Shown piece after piece: positions 12,984 through 18,664 of a DNA stretch of 18,664 nt; position 1 is the stretch's first letter; each line of letters begins with the position of its first letter. The DNA comes from Candidatus Fraserbacteria bacterium. GTDB taxonomy: Bacteria > Bipolaricaulota > Bipolaricaulia > RBG-16-55-9 > JANLFV01. The notes beneath the pieces are model-generated. The model had not been told where the DNA came from. It made no database searches and saw only the letters and a program-made list of their open reading frames with translations. The DNA is taken from contig JBBIJD010000034.1 of assembly GCA_037446135.1 (NCBI GenBank), positions 1 through 18,664 of the forward strand, written 5' to 3'. Made by a program: the position numbers and the translations under genes.

Positions 12984-14688
12984 AGTTCAAGCCCAAGCCA
13001 GGGAGCCTGGGCCTGATCGCCCGATCGCCTTCACCTCGGAGCGGGAGATGCCCCCGATGGCCGTCTCGCTCGGGACGAGCCTGGCGAACAAGACCGGGAG
13101 CTGGCGCTATCTCCGCCCGATCTATCAGGAGAAGAAGCCCCCTTGTAACCATGCCTGCCCCGCGGGGAACGATATCCAGGGGTTCATCGCCCTCATCCTC
13201 AAGGGGAGGCTCGCTGAGGCTCGTGAACTCCTTTGCGAGACGAACCCCTTCCCTGCGATCACCGGGCGAGTCTGCCATCATCCCTGCGAGCTGGAGTGCA
13301 ATCGCGGCAGATTCGATGAGCCGCTCAACATAAGGGCACTGGAGCGGCTCGCTGGAGATGAAGGCTTTAAGGTAGGCCCGCGGCCACCCGCTAAGAGACG
13401 AAAGGAACGGATCGCGCTCGTCGGGTCCGGCCCGGCCGGCCTCTCCTGTGCCTACTTCCTGGCCCGGAAGGGCTATCAGGTCACGATCTTCGAGGCCGAG
13501 CGAGAGCCCGGAGGGATGCTCCGCTTTGGGATCCCGGAGTATCGCTTGCCCAAGGCCGTCCTCGCGCGAGAGCTGGTGTCACTGAAGGGGCTGGGGGTCC
13601 AGATCAAGGCCGGTGTGCAGGTCGGGCGAGATGTCCAGCTCGAGGAGCTTGAGTCCGATTATGATGTTATCTTTCTGGCTGTCGGGGCCACGAAAGGGCT
13701 CGAGCTCGAGGTCCCTGGGATCGAAGCTGAAGGGGTCCTCCACGGCCTGGAATTCTTGAAGCGGGTCAACTTCGGGGAGGAGGTCGAGCTAGGGGAGCAG
13801 GTGGCGGTGATCGGCGGTGGGAATACGGCGATGGACGCCGCCCGGGTAGCCTTGCGCCTGGGAGCTAAGCCAAGAGTGATCTACCGCCGGACGCGAGCGG
13901 AGATGCCGGCGATCCCGGAGGAGATCGAGGCCGCCATCGAGGAGGGGATCGAATTCCTCTTCCTCGCTGCACCTATCGAGATCCTAACGACTGACGGGCG
14001 GCTCAAGGGTGCGAAGTTCACCAGGATGGAGCTCGGCCCGCCCGATGAGTCCGGGCGACGGAGGCCGATCCCGATCGAGGGCTCAGAGTTCGAGCTAAAG
14101 CTGGATAACCTCATCCTGGCGGTCGGTGAGCGGCCGGACCTCTCTCTCTTGCCCCAAGGGGTCAGGCTGAAGGAGGGGAGGGTCAATGACCCCGTCCTGG
14201 TCGAGGCCTTGAAAGCCCCGATCTTCGCCGGCGGGGATGCCGCGACCGGTGCGGGGACCGTAGTCGAGGCGATCGCCTCCGGGAGGCGCGGGGCCGAGGC
14301 AATCGACCGCTTCCTCCGGGGGCTCCCCGAGCCTAAGCCCGAGCTCGAGGGAGAGCCGGTCCTCGTCCCCTTCGAGAGGCTCAACCTCGACTACTTCGAG
14401 CCTCAACCGAGGCTTCACGGGCGGACCCTAGCGGTCCCTGAGAGGATCACTAACTTCAACGAGGTCGAGCTCGGCTTCACCGCGGAGCAGGGGCCATTGG
14501 AGGCTAAGAGGTGTTTCTCCTGCGGCGTCTGCAACCAGTGCGATAACTGCATCACCTACTGCCCCGATGTGGCGATCTCTCGCCATGACGGCAATTACGA
14601 GGTCGATTATGACTACTGCAAGGGGTGTGGGATCTGCGCCGAGGAGTGCCCCCGCTGGGTGATAGACCTGATCGAGGAGGAGAAGTGA
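12973..14688 (+). CDS. Delta-subunit (PorD/VorD-like) 2x[4Fe-4S] protein with inserted GltD/NfnB-type FAD/NAD(P)H oxidoreductase module (DsrL-like architecture), about 571 aa
   Basis: PorD-type NKTGSWRYLRP; PPCNHACP; GRVCHHPCELEC; GSGPAG; GIPEYRLP; GGGNTAMD; YRRT; GGDA; EAKRCFSC; CNQCDNCITYCP; DYDYCKGCGICAEECP. Start uncertain: TTG 12973 follows GGGAGG; ATG 12925 or later ATGs are possible. Confidence 0.9.
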   Translation: MSAKVQAQAREPGPDRPIAFTSEREMPPMAVSLGTSLANKTGSWRYLRPIYQEKKPPCNHACPAGNDIQGFIALILKGRLAEARELLCETNPFPAITGRVCHHPCELECNRGRFDEPLNIRALERLAGDEGFKVGPRPPAKRRKERIALVGSGPAGLSCAYFLARKGYQVTIFEAEREPGGMLRFGIPEYRLPKAVLARELVSLKGLGVQIKAGVQVGRDVQLEELESDYDVIFLAVGATKGLELEVPGIEAEGVLHGLEFLKRVNFGEEVELGEQVAVIGGGNTAMDAARVALRLGAKPRVIYRRTRAEMPAIPEEIEAAIEEGIEFLFLAAPIEILTTDGRLKGAKFTRMELGPPDESGRRRPIPIEGSEFELKLDNLILAVGERPDLSLLPQGVRLKEGRVNDPVLVEALKAPIFAGGDAATGAGTVVEAIASGRRGAEAIDRFLRGLPEPKPELEGEPVLVPFERLNLDYFEPQPRLHGRTLAVPERITNFNEVELGFTAEQGPLEAKRCFSCGVCNQCDNCITYCPDVAISRHDGNYEVDYDYCKGCGICAEECPRWVIDLIEEEK

Positions 14689-14692
14689 AGTA

Positions 14693-15904
14693 ATGGCCAT
14701 CGAAGCGGAGCTCAAGGCTAAGATCCCCTCGGGGAGGAAGGTGATCACCGGGAATTATGCCGTCTCTTACGGGGCGGCCCTCGCCCGGGCTCAGGTGATC
14801 GCGGCCTACCCGATCACCCCGCAGACCCAGATCGTCGAGCTCTTGGCCGACTTCTGCGCCGAAGGCGCGCTTGATGCTAAATTTATCAAGGTCGAGTCTG
14901 AGCACTCGGCGATGGCGGCCTGCATCGGTGCTTCGGCGGTGGGGGCGAGGGCCTTCACCGCCACGAGCGCCCAAGGGCTAGCGCTGATGCACGAGATGCT
15001 CCACTGGGCCGCCGGGGCGAGGCTCCCGATCGTGATGGCCAATGTCAATCGAGCCATGGGGCCGCCCTGGTCGATCTGGACCGATCAGAACGATTCCCTC
15101 TCCCAGAGGGATACCGGCTGGATGCAATACTACTGCGAGTCGAACCAGGAGGCACTCGATACCGTGATCCAGGCCTACAAGGTCGCAGAAAAGGTTTTGC
15201 TCCCAGCGATGCTCGTCCTCGATGCCTTCTTCCTCTCGCACACCAGCGAGCCTGTGGATATCCCTGAGCAAGGGCTAGTCGACCGCTACCTCCCGCCTTA
15301 CAAGCCGGAGTATAAGCTCGATCTCGCTGATCCGAGGGCCTTCGGGGGGATCACCATGCCGAGCGAATACTTCGAGCTACGCTATAAGATCCAGCGGGCG
15401 ATGGAGGAGGCCCTCGAGGTCGCCAAGGCCGCGGATTTGGAGTTCGAGAGGCTCTTCGGAAGGGGCTACGGCCTCGTCGAGCCATACAAGCTCGAGGGGG
15501 CTGAGCTGGCGCTCGTGACCTCGGGGACGGTCACCTCGACCGCCAGGCTCGTGATCGACAGGCTCAGGGCCAAGGGGGGGAGGGTCGGATTGCTCAAGGT
15601 CCGGCTCTTCCGCCCCTTCCCGGTCGAGGAGGTCCGAGCGATTCTTCAGGGGATCCCCAAGATCGCGGTGATCGATCGGAACATCAGCTTCGGCCATGGT
15701 GGGATCTTCGCCCAAGAGCTGAAGTCGGCACTCTATAACTGGAACCAGGGCCGGGGCTTCCATCCCCCGATCTTCGGCTTTGTGGCCGGCTTGGGCGGGA
15801 GGGACATCACCCCTGAGCTGATCGAGGAGATCATCGAGTATGCCCAAGCCCACGACCGGCCAAAGCCGGAGGAGGAGATCATCTGGATGGGGGTGAAATG
15901 GTGA
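14693..15904 (+). CDS. vorA: 2-oxoacid:ferredoxin oxidoreductase alpha subunit (PorA/VorA family, probably ketoisovalerate type), 403 aa
   Basis: AAYPITPQT, VESEHSAM, TATSAQGLALMHEMLHWAAGARLP, NRAMGPPWSIW. The family is certain; the Vor subtype rests on recalled similarity to Thermococcales VorA. Confidence 0.9.
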   Translation: MAIEAELKAKIPSGRKVITGNYAVSYGAALARAQVIAAYPITPQTQIVELLADFCAEGALDAKFIKVESEHSAMAACIGASAVGARAFTATSAQGLALMHEMLHWAAGARLPIVMANVNRAMGPPWSIWTDQNDSLSQRDTGWMQYYCESNQEALDTVIQAYKVAEKVLLPAMLVLDAFFLSHTSEPVDIPEQGLVDRYLPPYKPEYKLDLADPRAFGGITMPSEYFELRYKIQRAMEEALEVAKAADLEFERLFGRGYGLVEPYKLEGAELALVTSGTVTSTARLVIDRLRAKGGRVGLLKVRLFRPFPVEEVRAILQGIPKIAVIDRNISFGHGGIFAQELKSALYNWNQGRGFHPPIFGFVAGLGGRDITPELIEEIIEYAQAHDRPKPEEEIIWMGVKW

Positions 15905-16815
15905 TTAAAATCGGGGAGAGCAGTCCGTATCCGCTGCGAGGGGTTTTGCCCACCCGGGAGCTGATGCTCTCGGGCCATCTTGCCTGCCAGGGGTGCGGCG
16001 CGGCCCTGGCGATGCGCTATGCTTTAAAAGCCCTGGGGGAGCAAACGATCGCCGTCATTCCCGCCTGCTGCTGGACGATCATCGCCGGGGCCTTCCCCTA
16101 CTCGGCCTTGAGGGTCCCACTCTTCCACACCGCCTTCGAGACCGCTGCGAGCGCCGCGGCGGGGATCAAGGCCGGACTCGAGATCCTCGGGAAAGGCGAC
16201 ATTACAGTCCTGGCCTGGGCCGGAGATGGCGGGACCTTCGATATCGGCTTGCAAGCCCTCTCCGGAGCGGCGGAGAGGAACGACGATATCATCTATGTCT
16301 GCTACGACAATGAGGCCTACATGAACACCGGGATCCAAAGGTCGAGCGCTACTCCCTGGCGGGCCTGGACTACGACGACCCCAACACAGCACCCCAAGGA
16401 CGAGCCGAAGAAGGATATGATGGCGATCATGGCCGCTCATCGGATCCCCTATGCTGCCACGGCCTCCCCGGCCTACCCTGAAGACTTGGTGATGAAGCTC
16501 CAGAAGGCCAAGGCCATCCGGGGGACGAAGTTCATCCATATCATCTCCCCCTGCCCGCCGGGATGGAAGTCGGCCTCCGAGCTCTCGGTCAAGCTGGCGA
16601 GGCTGGCCGTCCAGACCAAGATCTTCCCGCTCTATGAGGTCGAAAGGGGGGTCAAATGGCGGATCAGCCTCGAGCCTCAAGGGCTCCCCGTGGAGGAGTA
16701 TCTGAAGCTCCAGGGCCGGTTCCGGCACCTCTCGCCTGAGGAGATCAATCAGATCCAGGAGACGGTCGACGCGGAGTGGGAGCGGTTGGTGGCTAAAGCC
16801 CGGGGAGGCCCTTAG
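15898..16815 (+). CDS. vorB: 2-oxoacid:ferredoxin oxidoreductase beta (TPP-binding) subunit (PorB/VorB family, probably ketoisovalerate type), about 305 aa
   Basis: ACQGCG, PACCWTIIAG, FHTAFET, TPP motif GDGG...YDNEAYMNTG, CPPGW; overlaps the alpha stop (GTG 15901 is an alternative start). Confidence 0.9.
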   Translation: MVIKIGESSPYPLRGVLPTRELMLSGHLACQGCGAALAMRYALKALGEQTIAVIPACCWTIIAGAFPYSALRVPLFHTAFETAASAAAGIKAGLEILGKGDITVLAWAGDGGTFDIGLQALSGAAERNDDIIYVCYDNEAYMNTGIQRSSATPWRAWTTTTPTQHPKDEPKKDMMAIMAAHRIPYAATASPAYPEDLVMKLQKAKAIRGTKFIHIISPCPPGWKSASELSVKLARLAVQTKIFPLYEVERGVKWRISLEPQGLPVEEYLKLQGRFRHLSPEEINQIQETVDAEWERLVAKARGGP

Positions 16816-16829
16816 GCATTTAGAGCCAT

Positions 16830-16846
16830 TAGTCGGCGACTATAAT
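16830..16846 (+). promoter_or_regulatory. -10 box for panB with overlapping palindrome
   Basis: Perfect TATAAT at 16841-16846; TAGTCG-G-CGACTA palindrome at 16830-16842; SD GGAGG at 16856-16860; no clear -35. Confidence 0.5.
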
Positions 16847-16864
16847 TGCGGAAATGGAGGCAAG

Positions 16865-17719
16865 ATGGCGGAGAAGATCAAGCGGTTGACGATCCCAGAC
16901 CTCTACGAGATGCGCGAGCGAGGGGAGAAAATTACATTCCTCACGGCCTATGATTATCCCACGGCCCTCCTCGAGGACCGCGCGGGGGTCGATCTGATCC
17001 TAGTAGGAGACTCGGTGGCCATGACAGTCCTGGGCTATGATACGACCCTCCCGATGACGATGGACGAGATGATCCTCTTCACCAAGGCGGTCCGGAGGGC
17101 AGCAAAGCGGGCTTTCGTGATCGGCGATATGCCTTACATGTCTTATCAGGCCTCGAACGAGGAGGCAGTCCACAACGCCGGGAGGTTCATGGCCGAATGC
17201 GGGACCGATGCGGTGAAACTCGAGGGCGGGCGGAGGATGGCCGAGCGGGTCGAGGCGATCGTCCGGGCCGGGATCCCGGTGATGGGCCATATCGGGCTCA
17301 CGCCGCAGTCTTACACCCAACTCGGGGGCTACCGCGCCCAGGGGCGGGACGCCGCGACGGCCAAGGCCCTGATCGACGATGCCCTGGCCCTCCAGGAGGC
17401 CGGGGCCTTCGCCATCCTCCTCGAATGTATCCCCGCTAAGGTGGCCGAGATCATCTACGACAAGCTCGACATCTTGGTCCTGAGCCTCGGCTCCGGCCCG
17501 AAGGCCGACGGCCAGATGATGATCGTCCACGACATGCTCGGGATGTTCGAGAAGTTCACCCCCAAATTCGTCAAGCGGTATGTGAACCTGAGCGAGCAGA
17601 TCCTCGAGGCATTCAGGAGCTTCGTCGAGGACGCAAAGCAGAGGCGCTTCCCCCAGCCGGAGCACTTTTACAACATCCCCGAGGAGGAGTTCAAGAGGCT
17701 CCAAGAAATGCTGGAATAA
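16865..17719 (+). CDS. panB: 3-methyl-2-oxobutanoate (ketopantoate) hydroxymethyltransferase, 284 aa
   Basis: LTAYDY, LVGDS, GDMPY, VKLEGG, MGHIGLTPQ, DGQ..HDMLG, PKFVKRY. Confidence 0.98.
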   Translation: MAEKIKRLTIPDLYEMRERGEKITFLTAYDYPTALLEDRAGVDLILVGDSVAMTVLGYDTTLPMTMDEMILFTKAVRRAAKRAFVIGDMPYMSYQASNEEAVHNAGRFMAECGTDAVKLEGGRRMAERVEAIVRAGIPVMGHIGLTPQSYTQLGGYRAQGRDAATAKALIDDALALQEAGAFAILLECIPAKVAEIIYDKLDILVLSLGSGPKADGQMMIVHDMLGMFEKFTPKFVKRYVNLSEQILEAFRSFVEDAKQRRFPQPEHFYNIPEEEFKRLQEMLE

Positions 17720-17723
17720 TCCC

Positions 17724-18263
17724 ATGGCCAAGCCACGGCCCCTCTCCTCCCAGAGGCTCTACTCCGGCCGGCTCCTCAAGCTGGAGTTGCTCCAGGTTCA
17801 GGACCCCCGTGGCCGGACTCACGCCCGGGAGGTGGTCCGCCATCCTGGCGCGGTAGCGGTCGTTCCCTTGCTGGAGGAGGACGGCCAGCGGAAGCTCATC
17901 CTGGTCCGGCAATACCGCGCGCCGGTAGGTAGAGAGTTACTGGAGATCCCCGCGGGGACCCTGGAGCCGGGTGAGTCCCCCCTGGAGTGCGCTAAGCGCG
18001 AGCTGGAGGAGGAAACGGGCTACCGCGCCCGGGAGTGGCGGAAGTTGGCGGAGTTCTTCACCACCCCCGGCTTCTGCGATGAGAGGATGACGCTCTTCTT
18101 GGCCCAGGGCCTGACACCCCTAGCAGAGGGCAGACGAGCTGAGGACGAGTTTCTCCGGGCGAGGGAGTTCGAGCTGGAAGAGATTGAGGCCATGCTCCGC
18201 CGGGGCGAACTGGAGGACGCCAAGACCATCATCGGGCTAGCTATGACACTGGCCTTAGTTTAG
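17724..18263 (+). CDS. nudF: Nudix hydrolase, ADP-ribose pyrophosphatase (NudF-like), 179 aa
   Basis: Nudix box GTLEPGESPLECAKRELEEETGY; REVVRHPGAVAVVP, VRQYRAP, LLEIPAG, TPGFCDE, DAKTIIGL. Confidence 0.85.
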   Translation: MAKPRPLSSQRLYSGRLLKLELLQVQDPRGRTHAREVVRHPGAVAVVPLLEEDGQRKLILVRQYRAPVGRELLEIPAGTLEPGESPLECAKRELEEETGYRAREWRKLAEFFTTPGFCDERMTLFLAQGLTPLAEGRRAEDEFLRAREFELEEIEAMLRRGELEDAKTIIGLAMTLALV

Positions 18264-18264
18264 C

Positions 18265-18664
18265 TTAGTCCGGGGCGAGGGCCTCGACGAGCCTATCTAG
18301 CCCCATCGCCCGCGAGCCCTTGATCAAGATCAGATTCCGGTCATCCCTGAGACGGGAGAAGAGGGCCTCCCTGAGCTCATCATGGCTATAGGTGATCACA
18401 ACCCTCTCTCCCCAGTCCCTCTCCAGGAGAGCCTTCCCCGTCTCACCGGCCAGCTCCCCACAAGTGAAGACCAGCTCGACATCTGTCTGGGCGACGGTCT
18501 CCGCCAGCTCGCGATGGGCCTCTACCGCTCGGGCATGCTCGCCCAGCTCGAGCATATCCCCGAGGACGAGGACCTTCCTTCGAGCCGGCTCGGGCTTGAC
18601 TTCGGCCAACGCGCGGAGGGCCTCCTTTACCGCCGTGGGATTGGCATTGTAAGAGTCATCGAGG
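18265..18664 (-). CDS. murF: UDP-N-acetylmuramoyl-tripeptide--D-alanyl-D-alanine ligase, C-terminal part (5' end outside the window)
   Basis: Frame is open to the window edge and reads LDDSYNANP...VLGDMLELG...H...LIKGSRAMGLDRLV. Confidence 0.95.
   Translation of the reverse strand, partial: LDDSYNANPTAVKEALRALAEVKPEPARRKVLVLGDMLELGEHARAVEAHRELAETVAQTDVELVFTCGELAGETGKALLERDWGERVVITYSHDELREALFSRLRDDRNLILIKGSRAMGLDRLVEALAPD

Noticed and set aside
1799..14276. HIP1-like GCGATCGC octamers (at least six: 1799, 4363, 9023, 9652, 10649, 14269) and frequent CTCGAG/GATC
   Set aside because: All six lie in coding sequence and fit preferred codons (GCG ATC GCN, CTC GAG); a codon-aware null model would be needed to claim enrichment.
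13135..14688. dsrL or glutamate synthase small subunit gltD
   Set aside because: No dsr genes or gltB in the window; the protein carries PorD-type ends and sits in the delta position of the oxidoreductase operon.
17724..18263. CoA pyrophosphatase, suggested by proximity to panB
   Set aside because: It lacks the NuCoA motif (LLTxR...HxGQ..FPGG) and has ADP-ribose pyrophosphatase-type motifs.
1..18664. CRISPR array, tRNA/rRNA, IS element, integrase or prophage genes
   Set aside because: No spaced repeats, cloverleafs, terminal inverted repeats with a transposase, or phage-like ORFs seen; nearly all sequence is accounted for by the listed genes.

Overview
GC-rich bacterial chromosome segment (about 63-65% GC in sampled core-gene lines, about 47-48% in sampled lines of the first ORF), densely packed, with no transposase, integrase, rRNA, tRNA or CRISPR array visible. 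Bases 1-2065 hold two unrecognised secreted proteins separated by a highly structured 250-nt spacer; the second ends in a Tyr/Trp heptad-repeat tail. Next is a minus-strand ECF sigma / zinc anti-sigma / two-small-protein operon with a clear ECF-type promoter overlapping the glmS stop codon. Then come glmS, a DUF151 bifunctional nuclease, a LolA-like exported protein, pgk, a zinc-ribbon-like hypothetical, uvrB, yidD, an atypical SDR and an S1-domain protein. A gamma-delta-alpha-beta 2-oxoacid oxidoreductase operon follows; alpha and beta look like Thermococcales-type ketoisovalerate oxidoreductase, and the delta subunit has a circularly permuted GltD/NfnB-type NAD(P)H-flavin module inserted into it. 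It is directly followed by panB, which uses the same substrate, then a Nudix hydrolase and the 3' end of murF. Best candidates for new biology: (1) an NADP-linked VOR-panB module, and (2) the secreted Tyr/Trp-heptad protein with a switch-like pseudoknot at its ribosome binding site. Family assignments are from recognised motifs only; no searches were run.
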